Of a stretch of 64,000 bases of DNA, positions 49,888-59,914 are shown one piece after another. Source of the DNA: an uncultured Clostridia bacterium (GTDB taxonomy: Bacteria > Bacillota > Clostridia > Christensenellales > Christensenellaceae); the NCBI GenBank assembly GCA_944347775.1, contig CALVMT010000071.1, forward strand, positions 1,773-65,772. The letters run 5' to 3'. Each line of letters starts with the position of its first letter. Position 1 is the first letter of the stretch. The translations under genes were made by a program, and so were the position numbers. The notes under the pieces were generated by a model. That model did not search any database and was not told the origin of the DNA. It saw only the letters and a program-made list of their open reading frames with translations.

Positions 49888-51273
49888 ATGGCTGAATTGA
49901 CACCGAAGCAAATTGTTGCGGAGCTGGATAAATATGTTGTTGGACAGCAGGAAGCAAAACGCGCAGTAGCGATTGCTTTGCGTAATCGCTATCGAAGAAG
50001 CCTGCTTTCCAAAGAACTTCAAGAAGAAGTTACACCCAAAAATATCATGATGGTTGGACCGACTGGTGTTGGGAAAACTGAAATTGCGCGTCGCTTGGCA
50101 AAATTGGTAGATGCGCCTTTTATTAAAGTCGAGGCGACAAAATTTACAGAAGTAGGTTATGTTGGCCGGGATGTTGAATCCATTATTAAAGATTTAGTTG
50201 AAGTTTCAATTCGTATTGTTAAGAGAAAACGTTATGAGACGGTGAAAGAACAAGCTGCGGCGATGGCTGAGGAACGTATTTTGGATATTCTAAGTAATGA
50301 AAAGAAAAAGCCTGATACAAAAAACAATCCGTTTCAAATGATCTTTGGTGCGCCTTCTTTGCCGGCAGCGGAAAAGGAGACCGAAGAACAGAAACAGCAA
50401 CGTATGACACGCCGAGAGGAATTGGCTTATCAGTTAAGAAGCGGTGTTTTGGAAGACCAACGTATTGAAATAGAAGTAGAAGATAATTCTGGAATTGGCA
50501 TTGAAATTGCGGGAATGAGTTCAGAAATTAATATGGGAGAAATGTTTTCTGGTATTTTGCCGCAAAAGACCAAAACGCGTAAAGTTACGGTAAAAGAAGC
50601 AAGAAAAATCCTTGAAGCACAAGCGGCTGATGAATTGATTGATATGGATGAAGTCATAGAAACAGCCGTTGCGCGGGCTGAACAGTTTGGAATTGTCTTT
50701 TTTGATGAAATTGATAAAGTTGCAGGTAAAAATGCTGGTCATGGTCCAGATATTTCGCGTGAAGGAGTACAAAGAGATATTCTCCCTATTGTAGAAGGCA
50801 GTACAGTTAATACAAAATACGGACCGGTAAAAACCGATTATATGCTTTTTATTGCGGCAGGGGCATTTCATGTTTCCAGTGTAAGTGATCTTTTGCCGGA
50901 ATTGCAGGGGCGTTTTCCGATTCAGGTTAATTTAAAACCGTTGGCGAAAGAGGACTTTGTAAAAATATTAACACAGCCTGAAAATGCACTTTTAAAACAA
51001 TATGCTGCGCTTCTTTCTACCGACGGTGTTAATTTGGAATTTGGTGAAGATGCGATTGAAGCTATAGCGGAATATGCTGATCGATGCAATCATATGCAGG
51101 AAAATATCGGCGCAAGAAGACTACATACGATTTTAGAGGGGATTTTAAATGATATTTCATTTAATGCGGGTGATGTTTATCCACCAGTAAATATGCATAT
51201 AGATCGGGCATATGTTCAAAACCACATAGAAAAGGAATTGGCGGAATCGGATTTGTCCAAATACATTATATAG
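49888..51273 (+). CDS. hslU: ATP-dependent protease ATPase subunit HslU
   Basis: LTPKQIV.ELDKYV.GQ..AKRAVAIALRNR.RR, GPTGVGKTEIARRLA, GIVF.DEIDK and the inserted I-domain. Confidence 0.96.
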   Translation: MAELTPKQIVAELDKYVVGQQEAKRAVAIALRNRYRRSLLSKELQEEVTPKNIMMVGPTGVGKTEIARRLAKLVDAPFIKVEATKFTEVGYVGRDVESIIKDLVEVSIRIVKRKRYETVKEQAAAMAEERILDILSNEKKKPDTKNNPFQMIFGAPSLPAAEKETEEQKQQRMTRREELAYQLRSGVLEDQRIEIEVEDNSGIGIEIAGMSSEINMGEMFSGILPQKTKTRKVTVKEARKILEAQAADELIDMDEVIETAVARAEQFGIVFFDEIDKVAGKNAGHGPDISREGVQRDILPIVEGSTVNTKYGPVKTDYMLFIAAGAFHVSSVSDLLPELQGRFPIQVNLKPLAKEDFVKILTQPENALLKQYAALLSTDGVNLEFGEDAIEAIAEYADRCNHMQENIGARRLHTILEGILNDISFNAGDVYPPVNMHIDRAYVQNHIEKELAESDLSKYII

Positions 51274-51291
51274 AATAAGGTGGTAGATACT

Positions 51292-52602
51292 ATGGCCCTG
51301 ACCATTAGCCTTGTTTTGGATAATAGTATCGCAAAACGGAAAGGAATTAAAGTTGGCGATCAACTGTTGGAAATAAACGGGGAAAAAGTACGGGATTTTG
51401 TAGATTTTATCTATTTTGAGGCAATGCAGAAGATAGAAATGCTCTTGGTTAAGCCAAATGGTAAACAATACCGTTTGACTTTTGATAAAGAAGAAACAGA
51501 GCATATTGGCATTGCTTTTAAAGATGATGGTATTGGTAAAAGTCGTGCATGCGTAAATAAATGTATTTTCTGTTTTATTGATCAGTTGCCTAAAGGGCTT
51601 AGAAATACGCTTTATTTTAAAGACGATGATTGGCGTCTTTCTTTTGTTATGGGTAACTATGTCACTTTAACAAATGTTTCGGAAAGAGAATTTGAGCGGA
51701 TTTTGCAAAGAAAGGTTTCGCCGCTCTATATTTCGGTTCATGCAACAGATGATCGTATTAGAAGTTGTATGCTTACCCAGCCGCGGGGGAGTGGTATAAT
51801 GCAGAGGTTAGTGCGGCTTAAAGAGGCTGGGATCTTTTTTCATTGCCAGGCAGTAATTTGTAAAGGTTATAACGATGGAGAAATTTTGGAGAAAACAATT
51901 GCTGATTTGGCAAAACTTATGCCTAATGCGATGAGTCTGGCGCTTGTGCCTGTTGGGCTGACAGGGCATAGAGAAGGGCTAACTAAACTTGAACCTCTTG
52001 ATCGTCAGACAGCAAATAAAATTATTGAAACAGCGCATCGCTGGCAAAAAAAATTGTTTAGGCAATACGGTACACGTTTTGTTTTTTGTGCTGATGAGTT
52101 ATATATACGAGCACAAAGGGAATTTCCACCGCCTGAAGAGTATGAGAATTTTTCGCAATTGGAAGACGGTGTTGGGATGGCTTCTTTATTTATGAAAGAG
52201 GTAAAAGAAACTCTTGGACAGTTTGGCAATAAGGCTAAGTATAAAGAAGTAGCGATCGTGACGGGAATAGATGCACAACCGTTAATCAAGCAAGCTGCGC
52301 AATGGTGCGAACAGCAATATGGAATGAAAATTCATGTTTATGCTATAGAAAATGATTTTTTTGGCCATACAATTACGGTTGCAGGTTTGTTAACCGGAAC
52401 AGATATATATCAGGCACTGAGAGATAAACCATTGGGAAAATGTTTGTTGATGAGCAATACGATGTTGCGTGACAGGAAAGATACATTTCTTGATGGAATG
52501 ACATTAAAAGAACTTTCCAAAAAGCTAAAAATAAAATGTCGTCCTATTAACCCAGATGGATATCATTTTGTACAGGCGTTTTCCAAACACCAGAAAGGCT
52601 GA
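51292..52602 (+). CDS. DUF512 domain protein (PDZ plus radical-SAM-like, TIGR03279-type)
   Basis: N-terminal PDZ (GIKVGDQLLEINGEKVRD), a C.NKCIFCFIDQ cysteine motif, and the conserved position directly upstream of der. ATG at 51292 is 8 nt after AAGGTGG. The track uses GTG at 51280. Confidence 0.8.
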   Translation: MALTISLVLDNSIAKRKGIKVGDQLLEINGEKVRDFVDFIYFEAMQKIEMLLVKPNGKQYRLTFDKEETEHIGIAFKDDGIGKSRACVNKCIFCFIDQLPKGLRNTLYFKDDDWRLSFVMGNYVTLTNVSEREFERILQRKVSPLYISVHATDDRIRSCMLTQPRGSGIMQRLVRLKEAGIFFHCQAVICKGYNDGEILEKTIADLAKLMPNAMSLALVPVGLTGHREGLTKLEPLDRQTANKIIETAHRWQKKLFRQYGTRFVFCADELYIRAQREFPPPEEYENFSQLEDGVGMASLFMKEVKETLGQFGNKAKYKEVAIVTGIDAQPLIKQAAQWCEQQYGMKIHVYAIENDFFGHTITVAGLLTGTDIYQALRDKPLGKCLLMSNTMLRDRKDTFLDGMTLKELSKKLKIKCRPINPDGYHFVQAFSKHQKG

Positions 52603-52617
52603 TAGGAGGAATAAACT

Positions 52618-53940
52618 ATGGCAAAACCCCTCGTTGCAATTGTAGGTAGACCAAATGTAGGGAAATCGACTTTGTTTAATAAAATTTGTAAGCGGCGCAT
52701 TGCCATTATTGAAGATACACCCGGTGTAACGAGAGACCGGATTTTTCAGGATGCAGAATGGCTCGGGTATCAATTTGTTTTGGTTGATACGGGAGGAATA
52801 GAACCCGAAAGCGAGGATATTATTCTTTCCCAAATGCGTAGACAAGCCGAAATGGCTATGGAAGCAGCAGATGTTATTCTTTTTTTGACAGATGCGAAAA
52901 GCGGGCTTGTTGCTGCAGATTATGAAGTGGCAGAGATGTTGCGGCATACGAGAAAACCGGTTGTATTAGCTGTCAATAAAGTGGAAAACAAAATTGACCA
53001 ACAAACGGTATATGATTTCTATAACCTGGGTATGGGGCCGGTATATGAAATTTCAGCGGAACAAAGTCTTGGGCTTGGAGATCTACTGGATGAGCTTGTT
53101 TCTTATTTTGATAAAATCGAGGAACCGGAAGAAGAGGCAACATATATTACAATTGTAGGCAAACCAAATGTAGGGAAATCTTCGTTAGCAAATCAGATTC
53201 TTGGTCAGCAGCGGAGTATTGTCAGTGATATTCCGGGGACGACGCGTGATTCGATAGATACGCCTTTTTTTCGAGATGGGAAAAAATATATCATTACAGA
53301 TACCGCGGGTATGCGTAAAAAAGGAAAAATTGAAAGAGACTCTGTTGAACGTTATAGCGTGATACGTTCGCTGGCAGCAGTACGGCGTGCGGATATAGTC
53401 ATCACAATGATTGATGCGCAACAGGGCATTACAGAGCAGGATGTTAAAATTGCAGGCTATGTAGATGAAGAAGGAAAACCTTCTATTATTGCTGTTAATA
53501 AGTGGGATGCAGTACAAAAGGATACTTATACGATAGAGAAATATAAAAAAGAGATAGAAACAGATCTGGCTTTTATGACTTATGCACCGCAAATTTATAT
53601 TTCTGCAAAAACAGGTCAGCGTGTGGATAAATTGTTTCCCCTAATTGAAAAATGTCTGCATAATGCAAATAGACGCATCAGCACGGGTTTATTAAATGAT
53701 TGTATTCGCGAAGCAGTAACGGCAGTAGAACCGCCAAGTAGCGGAGGGCATAGATTACGAATATATTATGCGACGCAAATTTCAACTTGTCCGCCAAGTT
53801 TTGTTTTGTTTGTGAACGATACAAAACTTATGCACTATTCTTATGAACGTTATTTGAAAAATTATTTGCGTAAGACTTTTGATTTTTCAGGTACACCAAT
53901 TCGCATGATGATACGTAATCGTAACGAAAATAAAAACTAG
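52618..53940 (+). CDS. der: ribosome biogenesis GTPase Der (EngA)
   Basis: Two tandem GTPase domains (GRPNVGKST..., DTGG, NK.E; GKPNVGKSS..., DTAG, NKWD) and a KH-like C-terminus. Confidence 0.96.
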   Translation: MAKPLVAIVGRPNVGKSTLFNKICKRRIAIIEDTPGVTRDRIFQDAEWLGYQFVLVDTGGIEPESEDIILSQMRRQAEMAMEAADVILFLTDAKSGLVAADYEVAEMLRHTRKPVVLAVNKVENKIDQQTVYDFYNLGMGPVYEISAEQSLGLGDLLDELVSYFDKIEEPEEEATYITIVGKPNVGKSSLANQILGQQRSIVSDIPGTTRDSIDTPFFRDGKKYIITDTAGMRKKGKIERDSVERYSVIRSLAAVRRADIVITMIDAQQGITEQDVKIAGYVDEEGKPSIIAVNKWDAVQKDTYTIEKYKKEIETDLAFMTYAPQIYISAKTGQRVDKLFPLIEKCLHNANRRISTGLLNDCIREAVTAVEPPSSGGHRLRIYYATQISTCPPSFVLFVNDTKLMHYSYERYLKNYLRKTFDFSGTPIRMMIRNRNENKN

Positions 53941-54028
53941 AATGCCGATATGATTTGTAAAAAATAAGGTAAATTATACTGCGGTTGGCAGCTCTATATG
54001 AATAAATCATAAAACGAGGAGCTTTTTT

Positions 54029-54643
54029 ATGCAAATTCTCATTGATGTGATAGTTGCTTTTGGGGCATATCTTTTGGGTAGTGTTTCGCCGGCCCTAATT
54101 ATATCTCGAAGTGTAGAAAAAAAGGATATTCGTGAGTGCGGAAGCGGTAATGCTGGTGCAACAAATATGGTTCGCAATTTTGGTTGGGTACCTGGTCTTG
54201 CAACATTTGTTTTAGATATGCTTAAAGGGGCAATTGCTGCATTGCTGGGAAAGTGGGCCGGAGGTGATTTGGGTCAGGCAATTGCTGCGGTAGCAGTAGT
54301 GCTTGGGCATAGTTTCCCTGTCTATTATGGGTTTCGAGGTGGGAAAGGCGTTTCGACCTCGATGGGTGCTTTTTTGGCTATTCTTCCTTTACCTAGTTTA
54401 GTGGTTTATGCTATTGCAATTTTGTTGGTTGTATTTACAGGAATTGTTTCGGTTGGATCGCTTTTTGGTTTTACGTTGGAATGCCTGGTTTTGTGGTTTA
54501 TTTACCCGGAGATAACAAGTTTACCCATTAAAATCGCGCTGACTATCCTTACGGTGTTGACTTTTGTTGGGCATCGCGATAATATTAAACGCTTGGTTCA
54601 TGGGACTGAAAATAAAATTATTGGTAAGAAAAAAGAAAAATAG
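54029..54643 (+). CDS. plsY: glycerol-3-phosphate acyltransferase PlsY
   Basis: GSGN.GATN, HSFPVYYGFRGGKG and 5-6 TMs. Conserved der-plsY order. Confidence 0.93.
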   Translation: MQILIDVIVAFGAYLLGSVSPALIISRSVEKKDIRECGSGNAGATNMVRNFGWVPGLATFVLDMLKGAIAALLGKWAGGDLGQAIAAVAVVLGHSFPVYYGFRGGKGVSTSMGAFLAILPLPSLVVYAIAILLVVFTGIVSVGSLFGFTLECLVLWFIYPEITSLPIKIALTILTVLTFVGHRDNIKRLVHGTENKIIGKKKEK

Positions 54644-54682
54644 ATAGTGGAATCAAAAATAAATTATTTTTAGCAAAAGATA

Positions 54683-54714
54683 AAACAATGAGAATGTATC
54701 TCATTGTTTTTTTT
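54683..54714 (+). terminator. rho-independent terminator after plsY
   Basis: AAACAATGAGA-ATGTAT-CTCATTGTTT stem followed by TTTTTT. Confidence 0.85.
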
Positions 54715-54758
54715 ATAAAACGAGAAAAAGTTTGTTTGATAAGAAATATGATAAAAAG

Positions 54759-54787
54759 GCATGAATCCGGGAATCAAATCATATATT
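54759..54787 (+). promoter_or_regulatory. candidate mother-cell (sigma-E-like) promoter for spoIVA
   Basis: GCATGAA, 14 nt, then CATATATT resembles my recollection of the Bacillus sigma-E consensus (ATA-type -35, CATACA-T -10). spoIVA is sigma-E dependent in B. subtilis. The match is weak and was made by eye only. Confidence 0.3.
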
Positions 54788-54831
54788 TGCCATAAGAAGA
54801 AATTATTGATCGCAGAGCAGGAGGATTGCAG

Positions 54832-56310
54832 ATGCAGGCGTATGATGTATATAAGGATATTTCCGAGCGTACGGGAGGAGATATTTATATCGGTGTAGTG
54901 GGTGCGGTACGGACAGGGAAATCCACGTTTATTCGGAACATGATGGATTTATTGGTGTTGCCTAGAATACAGGATGAATATGAAAAACAGCGTATTACCG
55001 ATGAATTGCCGCAAAGCGGTGCAGGACGCACGATAATGACAACACAACCGAAATTTGTTCCGGGAGAGGCAGTTTTAATCCCAATAGATGATAAAGCAGA
55101 GTTGAAAATTCGAATGGTTGACTGTGTAGGGTATCTGATTCCCGGTGCTTTAGGCCAAAATGAAGAAAATACACCGCGCATGGTGAAGACGCCGTGGTAT
55201 GATTATGATATTCCTTTTGAACAGGCGGCAGAAATCGGTACAAAAAAAGTTATCAATGAACATGCCACAATTGGTGTTGTATTAACTACGGACGGCTCTA
55301 TTGCCGGAATTCCACGCGAAAATTATATTGCGGCTGAGGAAAGGGTGGTTAATGAACTAAAACAGATTGGAAAACCATTTGTTATTGTATTGAACTCAGC
55401 GACGCCCAATAGCTTGGAAGCACAAACACTTAAAAATCAACTCAGTGAAAAATATGGTGTGGGTGTAGTCCTGATGGATGTGTTAAATATGGGGCGGGAT
55501 GATATTAATCTGTTGCTTTCAGATATCCTCTATGAATTTCCAGTACGAAAAATCAATTATGAAGTTTCCGGATGGCTGTGTACATTAGATGAGGAGAACT
55601 GGCTATTTCATGAAATATTGCAAAAGATTAATGAAGCTACAGAAAATGTAACAGCAATGAAGGATTTTGGACGTTTGCTGGAACCCTTTGAGGATGCAGA
55701 CTATATCCGACGGATTTCTATCAATGAAATTTTACCTGGAGAAGGCAGCATATTCATTGATATGGATTTAAAGCAAGAGTTATTTTATCAGATTTTAGGT
55801 CAGGAGTGCGGATGTGAAATACGTGATGACAGCCATTTAATGGAGTTGATTAAGGATTTAATGCATGCAAAACAGTGTTATGATCGGCTTGCAGGTGCGT
55901 TGCAAGAAGCAGAAAATACAGGATATGGTATTGTTCGGCCGGCAATGGAAGAAATGACACTGGAAGAACCGGAAATGATAAAACAGGGTAGCCGCTATGG
56001 AGTACGCTTAAAAGCTAAGGCGCCGAGTTTACATTTAATTCAGGTAGATGTAGAAACCGAGGTAAACCCCATTGTTGGAACCGAAAGTCAAAGTAAAGAA
56101 TTTGTGGAATGTTTAATGGATGAATTTAAACAAGATCCGGGAAAAGTATGGCAAAGAGATATCTTTGGTAAATCAATCTATAGTATTGTTCAAGAAGAGC
56201 TGACAGGAAAAATGACAGGAATTCCTGATGAAGCTCGAGAAAAACTGCGCGAAGCGATGGGAAGAATGATTAACGAAGGTGATGCCGGAGTGTTGTGTAT
56301 CTTGTTGTAA
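54832..56310 (+). CDS. spoIVA: stage IV sporulation protein A
   Basis: Collinear with my recollection of B. subtilis SpoIVA: DI.ERTGGDIY.GVVGAVRTGKSTFI, DELPQS.AG.TIMTT.PKFVP, VDCVGY, GSR.GVRLKA.APS.H.I.VDVE and INEG..G C-terminus. ATG at 54832 is 7 nt after AGGAGG. Confidence 0.95.
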   Translation: MQAYDVYKDISERTGGDIYIGVVGAVRTGKSTFIRNMMDLLVLPRIQDEYEKQRITDELPQSGAGRTIMTTQPKFVPGEAVLIPIDDKAELKIRMVDCVGYLIPGALGQNEENTPRMVKTPWYDYDIPFEQAAEIGTKKVINEHATIGVVLTTDGSIAGIPRENYIAAEERVVNELKQIGKPFVIVLNSATPNSLEAQTLKNQLSEKYGVGVVLMDVLNMGRDDINLLLSDILYEFPVRKINYEVSGWLCTLDEENWLFHEILQKINEATENVTAMKDFGRLLEPFEDADYIRRISINEILPGEGSIFIDMDLKQELFYQILGQECGCEIRDDSHLMELIKDLMHAKQCYDRLAGALQEAENTGYGIVRPAMEEMTLEEPEMIKQGSRYGVRLKAKAPSLHLIQVDVETEVNPIVGTESQSKEFVECLMDEFKQDPGKVWQRDIFGKSIYSIVQEELTGKMTGIPDEAREKLREAMGRMINEGDAGVLCILL

Positions 56311-56322
56311 GTAAATAAAAGT

Positions 56323-56357
56323 AGCCACTTGGCATTTTTGCCAAGTGGCTGTTTTTT
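56323..56357 (+). terminator. rho-independent terminator after spoIVA
   Basis: AGCCACTTGGC-ATTTTT-GCCAAGTGGCT is a perfect 11 bp stem followed by GTTTTTT. Confidence 0.88.
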
Positions 56358-56531
56358 ACTCAAGATACAGGCAAAAAATAGTGCTGTTGCTTCTGCAACA
56401 GATAGAAAAGCATAAACGTGTTAAAATAAAATAAAATAATTTTTTTAAGATAAATCTAGAGAAATAAAATCAGTTTGATTGGAAGAATTATAGACGTGAT
56501 GATATTATAGGAATATATACAAACTGTTGAA

Positions 56532-56561
56532 TTGACAGACAGTATAAATGTGTTCTATGAT
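56532..56561 (+). promoter_or_regulatory. candidate sigma-A promoter for pflBA
   Basis: TTGACA (56532-56537), 18 nt spacer, TATGAT (56556-56561). This leaves a leader of roughly 165 nt. Confidence 0.45.
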
Positions 56562-56731
56562 AAAAAGGTGAAAACATAAAATGTTTTTATTACAATTTTT
56601 TCGCAACTGGTGGATGAAAAGGGGGAACCTGATGGGAGCGAAAAATCAAACAGCCGGCCACCTGGGCAGAACAAAATAAGATGTGTATAAACACGTGGAC
56701 ATGAAAATTGGATGCAAAGGAGACTGACGCG

Positions 56732-58960
56732 ATGAAACAAGAACAATGGAACGGATTTGTCGGCGGAAAATGGGAAAGAGAAATTGATACGGCAGATTTT
56801 ATTCAGAAAAACTATACGCCTTATATAGGCGATCAAACTTTTTTACAAGGCCCGACTGGGCGAACTAAGCGTTTAATGGAAGATGTAAACGCGCTGCTCA
56901 AACTGGAACAGGATTTTGGTGGTGTTTTGGATATTGATACCTATCATGTTTCTTCACTTCTTTCTTATAGTCCGGGATATATTAATAAGAATCTGGAATT
57001 GATTGTGGGATTACAAACCGATCGTCCATTAAAAAGAGGCGTAAATCCGTTTGGCGGGATCCGTATGGCTAGGCAAGCATGCGAAGCATATGGTTATAAG
57101 CTTTCAGAGAAAGTTGAAAATTACTTTAAATATAAGACAACCCATAATGATGCGGTATTTCATGTTTATACGCCAGAAATGCGTGCAGCAAGAAAAGCAG
57201 GAATTATCACAGGACTTCCAGATGCCTATGGCCGCGGACGCATAATTGGAGATTATCGTCGTGTGGCATTATACGGTGTTGATCGCTTGATTGAAGCTAA
57301 ACGAGCAGATAAGTTAGCTTATGGGAAAAAGACGATGACTGCGGAAAATATCCGTATCAGTGAGGAATTATATAAACAGATCAGTTTTCTTGAAATGTTG
57401 AAGGAAATGGCAGCTGCATACGGTTTTGATATTGGCAAGCCCGCATCGAATGCAAGAGAGGCAATACAATGGACCTACTTTGGTTATTTAGCTGCAATTA
57501 AGGAGCAGAACGGTGCAGCGATGAGCCTTGGCAGAGTAAGTACGTTCCTAGATATTTATATTGAGCGGGATATGAAAAACGGTATATTGACCGAACAGGA
57601 AGCACAGGAACTGATGGATGATTTTGTAATTAAGTTGCGTCTTAGCCGCCAATTGCGAACGCCTGAATATAATGCATTGTTTTCTGGCGATCCGACTTGG
57701 ACAACCGAGAGTGTTGGCGGTATGGGGGAAGATGGCAGGACGCTGGTTACAAAGAATTCATTTAGAATCCTAAATACGCTTTATAATTTAGGGACAGCAC
57801 CTGAACCAAATCTGACTGTATTGTGGTCGGATGAATTGCCGGAAAGTTTCAAGAAATTCTGTGCGCAGGTTTCTATTGACACTGATTCCATCCAGTATGA
57901 AAACGATGATTTGATGCGTCCGATTTACGGAGATGATTATGGAATTGCCTGTTGTGTATCTGCCATGAAAATAGGTAAGCAGATGCAGTTTTTCGGTGCA
58001 CGTTGTAATTTGGCAAAATTGTTGTTATTGACGCTCAACGGTGGGAGGGACGAGATCAGCGGCGTGCAAATTGCGCCTGAGGGGAAAATCTTTGAAGGGC
58101 AACTGAATTATGAAGAAGTTATGCAAGCTTTTGAAAAATATCAAGCATGGTTATGCAGCTTGTATATTAATACGTTGAATGTAATTCATTATATGCATGA
58201 CAAATATGCATATGAAAAACTACAGATGGCGCTTCATGATACAGAGGTACATCGCTTTATGGCTTGCGGTGTGGCAGGATTATCTGTTATTGCAGATTCT
58301 CTTTCGGCAATTAGGTATGCAAAAGTTTTTCCAGTTAAAGGGGAAAGCGGATTAATTGAACATTTTGAAATTGAGGGAGAATATCCTCAATATGGTAATG
58401 ATGATGATAGAGTAGATGCCATTGCTGTACAAATTCTTAAAAATTTTAGTGCAGAATTGAAAAAAACTCCGGCTTATCGAAATGCAGAACATACGCTTTC
58501 AGTGTTGACAATTACGTCCAATGTTGTTTATGGTAAAAAAACAGGGGATACACCTGATGGCAGAAAAAAGGGAATGCCGTTTGCACCCGGCGCAAATCCT
58601 ATGCATGGAAGAGATTGTTCGGGAGCATTGGCTTCGTTGAATTCCGTGGCCAAAATGCCATATGATTGTTGTAGAGACGGTATTTCTAATACTTTTTCCG
58701 TTTTGCCTTCAACGCTTGGGGAAAACAAAGAAGAACGAGTTGAAAATCTGTCAGAGATGATTAACGGCTATTTTGAGCAAAAAGCTCATCACCTTAATGT
58801 CAATGTTTTAGATCGGACAAAGTTAGTTGAGGCGATGGAAAATCCGGATAAATATCCTAATCTGACTATTCGTATTTCCGGTTATGCGGTTAATTTTCAC
58901 AAACTGACACGGGAACAACAACTTGAAATTTTGCAGCGTACTTATCATGAGAGAGTATAA
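56732..58960 (+). CDS. pflB: formate C-acetyltransferase (pyruvate formate-lyase)
   Basis: Glycyl-radical enzyme of about 740 aa. Active-site CC (GIACCVSAM) and C-terminal glycine-radical motif [12 protein letters not shown] at 56732 follows AAAGGAG. Confidence 0.95.
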   Translation: MKQEQWNGFVGGKWEREIDTADFIQKNYTPYIGDQTFLQGPTGRTKRLMEDVNALLKLEQDFGGVLDIDTYHVSSLLSYSPGYINKNLELIVGLQTDRPLKRGVNPFGGIRMARQACEAYGYKLSEKVENYFKYKTTHNDAVFHVYTPEMRAARKAGIITGLPDAYGRGRIIGDYRRVALYGVDRLIEAKRADKLAYGKKTMTAENIRISEELYKQISFLEMLKEMAAAYGFDIGKPASNAREAIQWTYFGYLAAIKEQNGAAMSLGRVSTFLDIYIERDMKNGILTEQEAQELMDDFVIKLRLSRQLRTPEYNALFSGDPTWTTESVGGMGEDGRTLVTKNSFRILNTLYNLGTAPEPNLTVLWSDELPESFKKFCAQVSIDTDSIQYENDDLMRPIYGDDYGIACCVSAMKIGKQMQFFGARCNLAKLLLLTLNGGRDEISGVQIAPEGKIFEGQLNYEEVMQAFEKYQAWLCSLYINTLNVIHYMHDKYAYEKLQMALHDTEVHRFMACGVAGLSVIADSLSAIRYAKVFPVKGESGLIEHFEIEGEYPQYGNDDDRVDAIAVQILKNFSAELKKTPAYRNAEHTLSVLTITSNVVYGKKTGDTPDGRKKGMPFAPGANPMHGRDCSGALASLNSVAKMPYDCCRDGISNTFSVLPSTLGENKEERVENLSEMINGYFEQKAHHLNVNVLDRTKLVEAMENPDKYPNLTIRISGYAVNFHKLTREQQLEILQRTYHERV

Positions 58961-59627
58961 AGCATATATTGATTCGCTATATCATGGTTCGGCGCTCGAT
59001 GGCAAGGGTTTACGAAGTGTTGTTTTTTTTAGCGGGTGTAATTTGCGCTGTGGTTTTTGCCATAATCCTGAGACATTATATATCAGAGGAAAAGAAATTA
59101 CCTTAGAAGAGTTGGTTTCGCGGTTAATTCGCTATGCACCATATATCAGAAAAGGTGGGGTAACTCTTTCCGGGGGTGAACCTTTTTTGCAGGCGGAGTT
59201 TTGTAAAGCGCTTATCCAACGATTAAAAGAATATCGATTGAATGTCTGCATAGAGACGAATGGATATCTTCTTGACCGGGATATGATTGGCCTCACCGAT
59301 AGCATTATTTTAGATGTGAAAAATCAGGAGCAACCGATTGCGGATTGCTTATATGCATTTTTAGATGCATGCGAACAGCTGAAAACGCCGGTTTATTTGA
59401 CTAATGTTCTGATCCCGGGGTGTAATGATGATGTAGAGCATTTACGGGCGCTAGACAGTTTTCGGTGTAGTTGTAGTTGCGTAAAGGGATTAAAATTTTT
59501 GCCTTTCCGCAAGTTATGTATCCAAAAATATGAAAAGCTTGGGATATCTTATCCATATATCCATTATCGCGAAGCTTTGCCGGAGGATATACGGCAGGCC
59601 CAGTCGTTGATAAGAGGAGATATATAG
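58947..59627 (+). CDS. pflA: pyruvate formate-lyase activating enzyme (radical SAM)
   Basis: [23 protein letters not shown] (CxxxCxxC) and [10 protein letters not shown]. Overlaps the pflB 3' end. The exact start is uncertain because I see no clear SD. Confidence 0.9.
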   Translation: MREYKAYIDSLYHGSALDGKGLRSVVFFSGCNLRCGFCHNPETLYIRGKEITLEELVSRLIRYAPYIRKGGVTLSGGEPFLQAEFCKALIQRLKEYRLNVCIETNGYLLDRDMIGLTDSIILDVKNQEQPIADCLYAFLDACEQLKTPVYLTNVLIPGCNDDVEHLRALDSFRCSCSCVKGLKFLPFRKLCIQKYEKLGISYPYIHYREALPEDIRQAQSLIRGDI

Positions 59628-59639
59628 GTATAGTATTTT

Positions 59640-59674
59640 AAATGCAATACGGAAAAATTGTATTGCATTTTTTG
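59640..59674 (+). terminator. rho-independent terminator after pflA
   Basis: AATGCAATAC-GGAAAAATT-GTATTGCATT is a perfect 10 bp stem followed by TTTTT. Confidence 0.85.
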
Positions 59675-59914
59675 ATGAATGATAAAGGAACAGATGAAAT
59701 AGGAGTTGACTTAAATTCAGGGATTTATAAATTTTAAATGAAGCATGAGATATAAAATTATTAATGAAATAAAAATACGAAGCTATTCACGTTGATTATT
59801 ATAAAAGGTAATACGTTTGTTGAAATAGAAAATAAAAGTATGATATATTTAAATAAAAAGATAAACGGCTTTTTATATTTTATATAAGAAAGGTAAAGAA
59901 GAGGCGTGAAGCAG

